Below are positions 1 to 11,229 of a stretch of DNA of 32,632 nucleotides, in pieces. The notes beneath the pieces were generated by a model, which was not told the DNA's origin, made no database searches, and was given only the letters and a program-made list of their open reading frames with translations. The translations under genes and the position numbers were made by a program. Numbering within the stretch: position 1 is the first letter of the stretch; each line of letters starts with the position of its first letter. The stretch comes from Chiloscyllium plagiosum. Lineage: Eukaryota. The stretch spans positions 6,363,110 through 6,395,741 of the forward strand of contig NC_057758.1 in assembly GCF_004010195.1 (NCBI RefSeq), written 5' to 3'.

Positions 1-28
1 GACGTTTCGGGCAAAAGCCCTTCATCAG
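1..28 (-). ncRNA. Minimal type I hammerhead ribozyme core (PLE-associated), core intact
   Basis: Minus strand reads CUGAUGA-A-GGGC-UUUU-GCCC-GAAAC-GUC: both conserved core boxes, a 4-bp stem II, palindromic ACGU at stem III and a GUC triplet. The 3' strand of stem I lies outside the window. Confidence 0.7.
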
Positions 29-230
29 GAATAAAGGCAGAGAGCCTGAAGCGTGGAGAGATAAGCTAGAGGAGGGTGGGGGTGGGGAGAGAGTGGCATA
101 GAGTACAATAGGTCAGTGGGGGAGGAGATGAAGGTGATAGGTCAGGGAGGAGAGGGTGGATGCCACTCTCTCCCCACCCCCACCCTCCTCTAGCTTATCT
201 CTCCACGCTTCAGGCTCTCTGCCTTTATTC

Positions 231-258
231 CTGATGAAGGGCTTTTGCCCGCAACGTC
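231..258 (+). ncRNA. Minimal hammerhead core, mutated (GAAAC to GCAAC)
   Basis: ctgatga-a-gggc-tttt-gccc-gcaac-gtc; inverted copy of 1-28 with a substitution in the invariant GAAA box. Confidence 0.55.
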
Positions 259-329
259 GATTTTGCCTGTCCTCGGATGCTGCCTGAACTGCTGTGCTCT
301 TCCAGCACCACTGATCCAAAATCCATATA

Positions 330-1020
330 TGTACCGTCCGCTGTAGAAAATGTTGCCCTCAGCTCCCTTGTTAAATTGTTGGTCTATCACTTCGTGGTTG
401 TACCCTCCAATTTTGGCCTCACATAAGCTTAGTCTACCCCTTAGTCTACCTCTCTGTTCGACAACTGTGCCGAAGGCTCTTCCATTAACTGTGTCATTCC
501 TCCCTAGTTTGTCTTAACAAAATACAACATCTGAATTAAACTCCGTCTTTCATTCCTTGGCACACTGGTCCAGCTGATCAAGATTGTCTTCGATAATCGT
601 ATTCACTACCCACTATACCACTAATTTCGTTATCTACAAACTAATAACATTGGCTCCTGTATTCTCAACAAAATCATTTATGCAAATGACGCACATCAAT
701 GGACACAGCACCGATCCTTATGACATACCGCTGGTCACAGGCCTCCAGTCTGAACAACTACCCTCTACCACCAACCCCTGTTCTTCTTCTATCAAGCCAA
801 TTTTGTAGCTGGTTGACAAGCTCTCCTTGATCCAATGTGATCTAATCTTACTAACCAAATATCAGGCGAAACCATGTTAAAGGCTCTGCTGAAGTCAACA
901 AAGACAACGTATGTTCACCTCTTCAACAAACGCAATCAAGTTTGTGAGACTTGTCTGTGTGCACACAAAGCCATGCTGATTGTCTTCAACAATCCTTGCC
1001 TTTTCAAAAACCTGTACCTC
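330..1020 (-). mobile_element. Decayed CR1 LINE ORF2 (RT) fragment
   Basis: Minus strand near 690-810 translates as QNWLDRRRTG...LFRLEACDQ, resembling the CR1 RT segment QNWL..RRQRVVV...W..V.SGVPQGS seen intact at ~23917-24012. Many stops and frameshifts. Confidence 0.7.
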
Positions 1021-1279
1021 CTGTCTGGCAGAATCGATTACACAACTGTGTGTGAAATGATGCTGGCAAGAATCAACAAGCGGTATTTAGCGGATTTCTT
1101 TTCAACACAGAGAACAAAAACAAGTAAGGAACATAAAAGGCAAACATTAGAATCCACATGTAGCTGTAGAAGGTTTGTATATGGTTCTGAGTTTAAAGAG
1201 AAACTTAAAGGAAACTCAACGATGTAGGATACCGCGATGAAGCTGGAAGAATTGCCATAAAAGCCCATCAGACCCTTCT

Positions 1280-3190
1280 TGATGTTACTACATTTAAGAA
1301 TGTGCGATCTGGTTATCGAGACACGATTGTAATGTTCGCAAGATTTGGGAAACCTTGATGAAAAGAGTAATTGTGATATCAGTCACAATGTAAAATGAAC
1401 ACATTTAAGTGTTTGGAAACTGAATGCAGTCGGGATCCTGGAAAAACGAAATTAGAAAACAACTGGAAAAACGTAAACCCGGATTCAGGAGAAACAACCA
1501 GCGCCATTGAAATGTCTTTGGCAAACAAGATTCAGAAAAATCCCAAACATTTTTTTTAATTAAAAGGGTAGCCGGGGAAACTGTAAGGAGACAGAAGGGT
1601 AAAGGATGGAATTTATGTGTGGAGCTGGTGGAAGATGGGTGAAATCCTAAACGAAGACTTTGCATTTGTATTCACAAAGAAGAAGCGCATGGTGGATGGT
1701 GTGCCAAAGGAAGGGTTCCAGAGCATTTCAATGTTTAAAAAAACGCAGGATGTGCTGGGTGTGTGGAAAAGCATTAAAGGAGACAAGTTTCCAGGATATG
1801 ATTGGAAAATCCCAGAATACTGCGGGAGGCGAAGGAGTAAATTTCTGGTTCGTTGTGATCACTCTTTGTATGCTCTTCAGTCACAAGAAGGGTTCCAGGG
1901 TACTGGAGATTAGCGAATGTTGTTCCGTTATTAAAAAAGGCAGCAGAATTAATTGTAAAATTTCATTCCGTGAGTCTTACGTCAGCGGCAGTGTAATCAT
2001 CAGAGATTCTCAAAAATATGACTGACGCACATTCATAAAATGTGAACTTATTTAAAAAAGGCAACATGGCTTTGAAGTGGAATGATCGCGCCTCACCAAC
2101 AGGATTGAATGTTTGAGAATGTCACAAAGATGATTGATGAGAGCATGGGGCTGAATTTTGGACACATGTGCCTTTAGCATGACTTTCATAGGGTTCCGTA
2201 TGGAAGGTATACAGAAGGTGAGGAAATGTAGGATCAGCGGTCAGTCGAGAAGATGGATAGATAACTGCTCGGACAGAGTAGTGGTGGAGTGGAGTTTTTA
2301 TGAGTGGAAATGTGTGAATAGATTGGGGAAGTTATGGATCATGCGGATGATTACCATAGGATGCAACAGAATACAGATAGGCTGGAGAAATGGATGAAGA
2401 AAAGGCAGATGTAATGTTATCTGGACAATTGCGAGGTGATGTAGCTTAGAAGGTCTGCTGCAGGAGAGAAATATATAGTTAATGAAAAAACAATTTTCCG
2501 CATCAGCATCTGAAGGGATCTCAGGGTACAGCACCATAGTTCCCTGAAAGTTATAACATGGGTAGGTAAGGTTTTTATGAAGACTTATGAGAAACGTGCA
2601 GACATCAATCAGAGCATACAATACAAAACAATTGACAAGTTATGTTGCAGCTATAACTAGTTGGAACACTGTATACAGTACTGGTTGCCAAACCAGTAGA
2701 ACGCTGTGGGGGCGTTAGAGAGGGTGTGGGAACGTTTACCAGGATGTTGTCTCCATTGACGAGCATTATCCATAAGGATAAATTGGACAAATTTGGTTTG
2801 TTTTCACTTGGGCATCAGTGGCTGAGCGGCTGCCGGATCAGCCCTTACAATATTATCAGAGCCATAGATAGAATGATAGTTGAAGGCATTTTTTTTTTCA
2901 TCAGAGTAGGACATCAGTTACTTAGGACGAAAGATATTCCTTAGAAGAGGAACGTTTGAAAGAGATACGATTGGCATTTTTTTGCCTTTTCGTACATAAT
3001 TTGAAAGTGCATGGAATGCACTGATAGTGGAGAAGAAGTTGAAATAGCAAATTTTCAGAGGTATGTTGATGCAGAGATAAGTAGGCAGGGAATAGAACTA
3101 CATCGAAGTGTAGAAGGTAACGCTTTCTTTTTTTAACTTCGGAAAGACAACATGTAACATTGCAGGCTTTTTGGGTTGAAATGTCTGCTC
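1280..3190 (+). mobile_element. Decayed CR1 LINE ORF2 and 3' end
   Basis: CR1 motifs occur in order across frames: NPKxFF, GEILNEDFAFVFT, KGDKFPGYD, WRLANVVPL.KKG, RTFTRML, LDKFGLFSL, then 3'UTR-like sequence. Heavily disrupted. Confidence 0.8.
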
Positions 3191-4049
3191 CTGAGTTATT
3201 CTGTTTTTAAACACAAGATTTTAAAAGAGAGTGGCGAGATGTTGACCGAATGATTATTGATGATCAACAGTGCCATTAATGTCGCTCTCTCCTCATCAAT
3301 TTGCAACTTCATGTCGTCCTTCCCACTGTGGGGAAAATCAATATTGAAAATTTCACATGCAATGCAGTGTCGGTAACCGGTGACTCCATCTCATCCCTCG
3401 AACCTACGACCTTCTACTTTGGACGCCATCCTTTCAGAGGATACTGCACAGACGGAATATGCATGTACTTCACGTCCTCCAATACTGGCATCGGTCACAT
3501 GCCAGCCTCACAGGCCATCACAGCACATTTCCAACCCACTGAGAGTACGCTTCAGTATTTCAGTGCTGCAGAGGGCACCGGCTCCTCTCATTGCAATGTG
3601 ACTGCAAGAACTCCGTGCCCAGAGACACCCCCCCCCGCCCCTTTTCATAGACTGCACGTCTGCCCTGTTCTCTCGGCGTTTATCCAGAATCCCTTTGAGC
3701 TATCTCTGAACTTCACGGAATGATTGCTTTGCCTTACCCTGCGTTTCACAGAATTTCTCCTCAGCCTGAGCTAATCGACTCACGCAACCGCTGTATTGTC
3801 TTGTTGGTGAGCACAGACACAAAACAATGAAGCTTTATATCATTTCCAACAGACAGTTACGTTGTCCAGCACAACGAGTCAAGGGGAGTCTCAGATCCCA
3901 GTTCAGCAGCTGGACAAGGTCAGTCGCCCTCTCGGGGTTGTTAAGGTCAGGATCCTTCCCCTGTTAGTGGGTAAGGCGCTAAATGTTGGGATGTCCTCTA
4001 ACCCTGTTGTGTCTTTCTGCCCTCATGTGGGATGGTACCTTCTGGAATC

Positions 4050-4320
4050 TTGAGAATTACCGGATGTATTAGGGAGATGTAAATGGTTAGTACAACTGTT
4101 AGTGCTGTACAACTGTGGGAAAAGGTGGTGAGGTGTCCTGTGTGTCGGAGTATGCAGCACAGATACCAGGTAGTATTAGGGAGAGGGAGAGTGAAGAGGT
4201 TACAGAGAGACCAAAAGGAGGTTCTGCGTTCAGTGAGACGGGGAGAATATGAGGCTTAGTGGGAGGTGGGTGCAGTAACAGAAATACAGTGAGGGCGAGG
4301 TTACAAAGTGGATAGTGGCA
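4050..4320 (+). repeat. Decayed minisatellite related to a ~36-37 bp unit (approx. CTGGAGGAGGTTACAGAGATAGGGAGGGTTGTAGGGG)
   Basis: Recurring gaggttacagag / gaggttacaaag / gcagtaacagaa cores in purine-rich sequence. Confidence 0.4.
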
Positions 4321-4479
4321 CTTCATCTGGTAGTTAGAGAATCTCACTGACTTCTTTCCTACTCTGCTGGGCATTCAGACAAAAGGCTGGCATATCACAG
4401 ACCCAGAGGTCAACCACGGACCAAGCTGGCAGGGTCTGGTGCTATGGTCACCACAGCCACACCTGAACGAGGATAATAT

Positions 4480-5420
4480 CAATCAATCCTTAATGGATAC
4501 AGGGATCGTGGTAGAGGATTAGAGAATGGCTGTCACTGCAGCTTTTCTTAATGTGGAACAAGGGGCTGACTGAATATTTCGAGGCTGGAATTCTGAGACA
4601 GAGGAAAAACGGTCACTGAGTAAGTCTCAGGGACTCTGGGACAGTCGGCCTGGACAAGGAAGTTTGCATGTAATTAACCAGACTAATGGATTGATGAGTA
4701 ACTTGCAACTTCATGTGACTAACTTTTATTTGACAATAGATCACAGTCTGTAGGGTACAGGTGAATGGAGCAAACAATCCAGAGATGTGTAAGACAAGGC
4801 ATGTGGGGACATCAATAATAGAGAGAAACACACAATAAATGCGAATTATGGTCAGGTCCCTGAAGGTAGTTGGACACATCAGTAATTTCGTTAAGGCAGC
4901 AAATGACATCATTTCCTTTGTCAAGCAGATTGCCGAACGTAAGAGCAGGAAGCCGATGCTGGAACTGTAGAAGTGATGATCTCAGAAACAGCTTGTGTAC
5001 TGTTTGCAGTTCTGGTCACCCCATCACATGGAAGTATGGAATTGGAATGGAGAGAAGACAGAGAAGATCCGTTACCCTTTGAAAGTGAAAGTGCGGTTCA
5101 GAGGAAAGATTGGAACAGAGGTTGCTGAGAGGTGATTTTGATTGGGCTGGACATGTTGTAATGGACCTGGATCGAGAGGGAGAGAACATCTTGTTCCTGA
5201 TGGAGAGAGTAATTACCAGCAGCGAATATTTAATATAATTGCTCGAAATAGTAGAGAAATGATTCCGAAAGTTGTCACTTCACACAGAGTATGGCAGGGA
5301 TCTGGAAGTCACGCATGGAAGTGGAGTAGAGGCAGAAAGTATAAACCCATTTTTTAAGGTGGCTGGATCTGCGCATAAATTCCTATTGTCTCCAGGTCGT
5401 CAGAACAAGGGCTTTAAAAA
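4480..5420 (+). mobile_element. Highly decayed CR1 LINE RT and 3' fragment
   Basis: Segments resemble CR1 sequence (gtagaggattagagaatggc ~ PEDWRMA; cagcttgtgtactgtttgcagttctggtcacc ~ LEYCVQFWSP; compare 24450-24485). Confidence 0.65.
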
Positions 5421-6689
5421 AATACTGTAGCCAGTGGACGCAGTGATCTCTGTCGTTATTTTCTGAAGATTTGAATGGTTACAAATATCAGATAGGATCA
5501 ATGTGCAGGGATGAGGGGAGAAGGCAGGGAGGAGCAGTGAGTAATTTGATTAGCGACAGTATAATACTGATCCCAACCTTTATACATAATGCTAATTCAG
5601 TGAGTTTGTCTACTTATCCTTCCTTTATAATTGGTGAAAATCCTTGAATACTCTGTCTTGGTCACACGACAGCCACATCTCCAGAACGAAAGCAATATCT
5701 GACCTGATTCGTACTATTTGAAGCTGTCATTTCATTTGACACGGTGAACTGTTAAGAAGGAATTCAGGGACGACAGCAAGTGCTAGAGACCAGGATGGCT
5801 GGAGATCGCAGAAGAGTTTACATAGATATGAAGGTGTATGAATGCTGGGGTATATTGCCGGGATAAGGTTTGTTCTAGGGGCTGAACGAGATTGCGAAGA
5901 CAGAAATAGCTTTTGTTTTTGATTGAAGTGAAAATGGAGCGAGACCAACCATATCAATATCCGGACACAAATGACCAGGAGAGAAAAAAGACTGCACGAA
6001 ACCTGATGAAAATGATTCCTAGACAATGTAGCTCATGATTTAGTTCCCTGTGTCTGTCTGCAACTGAAATAAACATTCTTCCACTGTGTCTACAAACTGC
6101 CAATTTCTGTATCATTCTTTGCGTTCCATAACCATTCCAACGATTGTAAATCTACAGTTTCCACAAAAATTCCTGACTTCGGTAAATTTCTCCATGCACT
6201 ATGAAGCGCACTGCTTCGATAACCCCTTCCTCCTTGAGTGGAAGGCCACAGACATAAGGCGGATCTATTTTTTGGAAGCAGTTAGAGATTACTAAGAGAG
6301 TTCTGGGTGGAGGAGGATGAGATCGAGAGTTTGCAGAAAACAGAGAAAGATAAAAGTTTGTGTTATCCCTGCAGAAGATTGACAAGAGGAGATCCTACTG
6401 AAAATGATTTGACAGAGAGGGCTGGAGAAACTGGAGGAGATTTCAGTGACTAGGAGATTTGTAAGTATTAATGAATTTTATTAATACTTCCAGTGGCTCT
6501 GTAGTGATTGGAATGAATTCCGTCAGGCAAACCTCATTAACATGCATTTCCTGATGACACTGCTAACGTGGTAACGTGTGGGAATCAGGGCTAACAGAAA
6601 TAAACAGGAGCGTCAGGGGCTCTGTTCAGTATTGGAGCAGGCTCTGAATGAGCTTGGGTCAGTGCCATGTACTATGCATGAAGGTGATT

Positions 6690-7260
6690 TGGTAAGGAGT
6701 TACAGACCTCCGTGGAGTTATTTCAGTTTTAACATTTGGTAGACATTATGGAGAAAGAGAGGGCAGGCCATGTTTCCACACATCAGGATGGATTTAGAAT
6801 ATGCAGGTTGCAGAGATAATGAGCTGTGAAGGGGCAGAAATTTGTTACAGAATCGGGAGTGCTGCAGGGACTAGAGGACGTTACACAGCTGGTTGGCCAT
6901 TGTGGTAAATTACACAACAGGGACATTTGAGGGGATTGCAGCAAACAAAACCGATGGAAATAGTTGTAGGTGCTGGAGAAAGTTGAAGATATAATGAATA
7001 CTGCACTTGCCCGAGGTATTTAAGGAGATATTCGACATGTCAGGTCAAAAGGGAGTTAGTAACGGTGATTGTTTTGTGGATTTGAGGAAATTGCAAAGCT
7101 TAGGTTTCGATGGATCAGAGTAGTCGCAGAGAAGAGGAGAGCTATAAATACTTAGGGAATATTTTGTAGACAGTGAGGATAATAGGATTTGTAAGGGGTT
7201 CCCAGAGGAAGAAAGATTATATGGCTTGGATGAGTTACAGAGATAAAGAGCAACGCACTT
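6690..7260 (+). repeat. Decayed ~36-37 bp minisatellite tract
   Basis: GTT(A/G)CA cores at 6807, 6844 and 6880 (spacing 37 and 36), with further ggag-ttacagag-like cores up to ~7245. Confidence 0.55.
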
Positions 7261-7349
7261 GCTGATGTCAGTTGCCGAGATTAGAATGCATCACACATAT
7301 CGATGAGTTTCAAGAGACAGGGCATTATTGGATTTGGAAGACTCTCATG

Positions 7350-7620
7350 ACATCATACTGAACTACACAGTGGCACAGAAGGATGTCATTTGGCCCATCT
7401 TGTTTACACCAGCTCGTCAAAAGAACTCATTTCTCAGTCATGATTTCCTACGTCCCCCATATCCTTACATATTTCTTTTTGCATCAATAATCATCTAATC
7501 CTCTCTAGAGTGCTTCCATTGAACATGCATCGATAAAATATCCAAGTATATCTGAGCTTCTCGTAGATAACGATTTCCAGTTATGAATCCTGTTTTCATT
7601 TTCGACCGAACCTGACACCA
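7350..7620 (-). mobile_element. CR1-type LINE 3' end remnant
   Basis: cacagaaggatgtcatttggcccatc... resembles the reverse-complement CR1 3' terminus (compare 29052-29075). Confidence 0.5.
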
Positions 7621-7690
7621 TCTTTTTGCACGCTCAGTATTGGGTGCCCACACAGGGTTGTGGGGCAGCCCTGTGTTGGCTTTCCGTTTA

Positions 7691-7880
7691 GTTGAAAAAT
7701 GTGGTTCTTGGAAAAACGCAGCAGGCCAGACAGCATCCGAGGAGCAGGAGAATCGACGTTTCGGCCATAAGCCCTTCTTCAGAAATCTCATTCCTGAAGA
7801 AGGGCTTATGCCAGAGTCGTCGATTCCAGCACCGCATTTTTCAACACAGTTCTCGAGCATCTGCAGTCCTCACTTTCTCC
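7691..7880. mobile_element. 190-bp non-autonomous PLE-derived palindromic element with a perfect 14-bp TSD
   Basis: TGGCTTTCCGTTTA at 7677-7690 and 7881-7894. Inner inverted repeat 7750-7786/7790-7826, outer inverted repeat 7691-7713/7824-7845. The 3' tail gcatctgcagtcctcactttctcc is shared with ~18509-18532. Confidence 0.85.
7755..7782 (-). ncRNA. Minimal hammerhead core, core boxes intact, one stem II mismatch
   Basis: Minus strand reads CUGAAGA-A-GGGC-UUAU-GGCC-GAAAC-GUC. The partner plus-strand copy (7794-7821) has GAGTC in place of GAAAC. Confidence 0.6.
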
Positions 7881-8460
7881 TGGCTTTCCGTTTACCCATA
7901 TATCTACCCTCTATTCCTCTTGGTTCCCAATTTTGTTCTGTAACTGACACCAATTCTATGGTTGTTCTTCTTCATTCTGGAAATGTTGGGTTTGGTTATC
8001 CTGCCTTTCCTATTTGAGCGATCAATCCTCGACTGAAACCAAACCACCCCCTCTTTGAAGGGAGCCCATTGCTCAGTTTTTTCTTTATCTGACCAACTCC
8101 GTGTTCTAGTCAAACCTTCCCAGCTCCATAATTGTCTCATTGAAGGCCGCTATCAGTCAAATAATATTTCCTACTCTCAATTATTGCTTATTATTGTCGA
8201 CCATCATCCTGAACTTTTGAATGAAATGATTGCTGTGCACGAAAACGTTCCCCTAATGACACTGAATCCACTTGAACCACCTCTTTCCCAAGGACCAGGT
8301 CCAATAGTACGTGCTCTCTTCGGCTGTGCACATACTCCTTCAGTGAGCACTCTTTCATGCAATTCAAGACCACTCGCCTCTCATGACACTGCACCACAAG
8401 CATCCAGTGTAGATCTGGATAACTTATGTTTCTGAACATAACTGCTCTGTAGGATTACCA

Positions 8461-9290
8461 TCATTGCTGTGGTTCTGTTCGCCGAGCTGAAAGTTGTTGT
8501 TGCAAACGTGTCGTCCCTTGTCTAGGTGACATCCTCAGTGCTTGGGAGCCTCCTGTGAAGCGCTTCTGGGGTGTTTCATCCAGCATTAATAGTGGCCTGT
8601 CCCTGCCGCTTCCGGTTTGTCAGTTTCAGCTGTCCGCTGTAGTGGCCGGTATATTGGGTCCAGGTCGATGTGTTTGTTGATGGAGTTTCTGGATGAGTGC
8701 CATGCTTCGAGGAATTCCCTGGCTCTTCTTTGTTTGGCTTGCCCTATAATGGTAGTGTTGTCCCAGTCGAATTCATGTTGCTTGTCGTCTGCGTGTGTGG
8801 CTACTAGGGATAGGTGGTCATGTCGTTTCGTGGCTAGTTGGTGTTCATGGATGCGGATCGTTAGCTGTCTTCCTGTTTGTCCTATATAGTGTATTGTGCA
8901 GTCCTTGCATGGGATTTTGTACACTACATTAGTTTTGCTCATGCTGGGTATCGACTGGGACAACACTACCATTATAGGGCAAGCCAAACAAAGAACAGCC
9001 AGGGAATTCCTAGAAGCATGGCACTCATCCACAAACTCCATCAACAAGCACATCGACATGGAGCCAATATACCGGCCACTACAGCGGACAGCTGAAACTG
9101 ACAACCGGAAGTGGCAGGGACAGGCCACGAAAAATGCCGGAGGAAACACCACAGAAGCGCTTCACAGGAGGCTCCCAAGCACTGAGGATGTCACCTAGAC
9201 AGGGATGAAACGTTTGCAACAAAAACTTCCAGCTCGGCAAACAGAACCACAGCAACGAGCACCCGAGCTACAAATCTTCTCACAAACTTT
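8461..9290. mobile_element. 5'-truncated Penelope-like retroelement (probably Poseidon-type) with GIY-YIG endonuclease C-terminus and inverted terminal copy
   Basis: Minus-strand translation SKTNVVYKIPCKDCTIHYIGQTGRQLTIRIHEH...AREFLEAWHS..SINKH gives VVY..YIG plus the conserved R, H, E and N of GIY-YIG nucleases. Arms 8461-8770 and 8951-9258 are inverted copies. Flanked by GATTACCATCATT (8453-8465) and GATTATCATCATT (9291-9303). Confidence 0.9.
9179..9217 (+). ncRNA. Minimal hammerhead ribozyme in the Penelope pLTR
   Basis: gca-CUGAGGA-ugucaccuagacagggau-GAAAC-GUU-ugc: 3-bp stem I (gca/ugc), imperfect stem II and a GUU triplet. The inverted copy at 8502-8541 (minus) has GACAC. Confidence 0.6.
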
Positions 9291-10489
9291 GATTATCATC
9301 ATTCTCAAATGTCCCTACATGTTTATTTTCTCCATCTTTTTCAATGGTTAGTGACCTACGCTCTGTACCTCACAGTGCAATTGTTCACTTATTGTTCTGT
9401 AACTCCAACCAAATTCCTTCAGTGCTTGGACTCCTTATCTGATGGTAGTCTAAACCAATACTGCTTCCCGTCGTCATTTCTCTATCTTTCTATCGTTTCA
9501 GAACACTTTATACCCAACAATATTAAACACCAAGTGCAGCCGATTCTTGAGCCAGCTCTCATTTATTCGTACATCAGATTTCCACTCAACAATCTGCATC
9601 TATAACTTTCAAACCTTGGGGTATGCATGTACCTAAGATGTAGACTTTATTTCATACCCCATCTGCTACTGTTAAACCTGAATTTATAAATTAGTACCAG
9701 CTGCATCTCCAGGTATTTGTTGTATCCTGTTAGCGTCATCTACTTTCATTTTTGGATCCCATTTCCACGCTAAGAAATTTTCAATCCCCCCCAAATACTC
9801 CACAAGGAAGTCGGTCCCAGCTCGGTCACCTGTTACCATGTTGGCTCTGACTTTCGTTCATCCTCTTGTTTCTGAGCTCAACTCTTCTGTCAGACGCTGA
9901 ACAAAATACATTTGCTAATTTATAGCAATCTACAAGCATTTGCAAATGATGGTGTATTATCAGCAACTGAACTTTCAGCTTTTTTTTGTGACGCCTCTTT
10001 GTCACGCCTCAATCTCAGTGCGGCCAGCTCCAAGCAGCAGAAAGGTGTCTCTGTGACTCCCAGGTGCGTATAATCCACCATCTCCCTCACCACTCTCCTT
10101 CCTCGCAGGGTCACCGTCTCTGTGACTCCCAAGTAAGATTGGGTGCCGATCCTCATTACTGATTAATATCCTCCCACCTTGCTGCCTCTATAACTACTAT
10201 TCGTGAGTTAGCTTCAAGGTCCTGCCCTACGTTTCTCCTTCACATTTCCACTCACCCTGTGACTAGTTACTGATTGAAACCTCCTGCTCTGCTGCTTCTC
10301 CAACTCCAAATCCCAATAGGCCCTCATACTCGCTTCTGATTTATATTCTCTCCCTCTGTGCTTCTCGTTCTCAGATTCTCTGTTTTTTGTGACTCCCATT
10401 AATGGTCGGCCGCAAGCATTAGATGAGATTTATAATGTCTCATTCCCACCTGCTTCCTCATAGGATCACCGTTGTGCCTGGAAGACAAT

Positions 10490-11225
10490 GCAAAAGAGGA
10501 GGATAGCTGTGGACAGAGGTTGTTACAATGATTAAACGGGTATTAAACGGGAAATGGTTATCTGGAGAAAAAGACTTGTCGTGCCTAAAGCAAGTTACTT
10601 AATGATATAAGGAGAGTTCCAGGCACTGCTGAATACGAAATAAATAGAGAGATGGTGGCTTGTTGGTGACGGAGCTTTACAGAATCTAAAATCTTTTCAC
10701 GAGCTGCTTACAGAGAAATGAAGACATCAACAAATGTAAAGTTACAACCAGGGAGTGTTGCTGGTTCTGGAGATTGTTGGATGTTAGTGACAAGACTTGC
10801 AATATTTTGTGGTATATATAAGTATTTGGAACACTGATGTTGTTCAAGGGCCCTCAGGATATGAGGAGCATAAGGAGGGTGAAAAAGTGCCAATTTACCA
10901 AATCCAGCCACTGTAATTAATGGAGATTTGAGGAGGGGAACTTCTAGTTTTAGTGTTTAAAGTAAAATGGAGGGCTACAGACACTGAGGTGTTACAAATT
11001 TAGAAAAGAAGAGGTTATGGCTGTTCAGAAGTTGAAACAAGAATAATAAATAATTTGTGCGATCAACAGCACAGAAGGAAATAGGGGAGGTGAGATGTTG
11101 TGAGGAACGATAAGAGTTGCAGGTGGAGAGGTTGTCACATATAAAGGGAGAACTGTATTGTCTGCATGCAGTTACAGATGTAAGGAGTGTTGTAACGCCT
11201 GCTGGAGGGTACACAGATAACAACA
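10490..11225 (+). repeat. Decayed ~36-37 bp minisatellite tract
   Basis: Units ctgcatgcagttacagatgtaaggagtgttgtaacgc (11162) and ctgctggagggtacacagat (11199) are 37 bp apart; other ttacaga cores occur at ~10677-10745 and ~10975-10995. Confidence 0.5.
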
Positions 11226-11229
11226 GTTC

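Larger units (their letters stand above)
1..323. mobile_element. Penelope-like element terminus arranged as a fold-back (inverted pLTR-type) structure, truncated by the window start
   Basis: 1-98 is the reverse complement of 161-258 (one mismatch) around a 62-bp spacer. Both arms carry a hammerhead core. 259-323 continues as the tail (cctcggatgctgcctgaactgctgtgctcttccagc) also seen at 7700-7750 and 18460-18483. Confidence 0.8.
7950..9660 (-). mobile_element. Old CR1 ORF2 apurinic-endonuclease domain remnant, split by the Penelope insertion
   Basis: Minus strand ~9440-9600 reads QIVEWKSDVRINESWLKN..VFNIVGYKVF (EN N-terminus, ITETWL/GY motifs). 8191-8439 reads LKEYVHSRREHVLLDLVLG (EN LDL motif). 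The two halves are collinear across 8461-9290. Confidence 0.7.

Noticed and set aside
3230..3345. Acceptor-like ttttccccacAG on the minus strand at ~3326, resembling the GPCR acceptor
   Set aside because: None of the three downstream frames resembles a GPCR or any protein I recognise.
6690..7260. CRISPR-like repeat-spacer array, given the ~36-bp periodicity
   Set aside because: Eukaryotic context, degenerate contiguous units rather than identical repeats with unique spacers, and no cas genes.
8586..9152. 188-aa ORF as a stand-alone GIY-YIG nuclease gene
   Set aside because: Its N-terminal third is antisense read-through of the inverted arm; only the C-terminal part is Penelope endonuclease.
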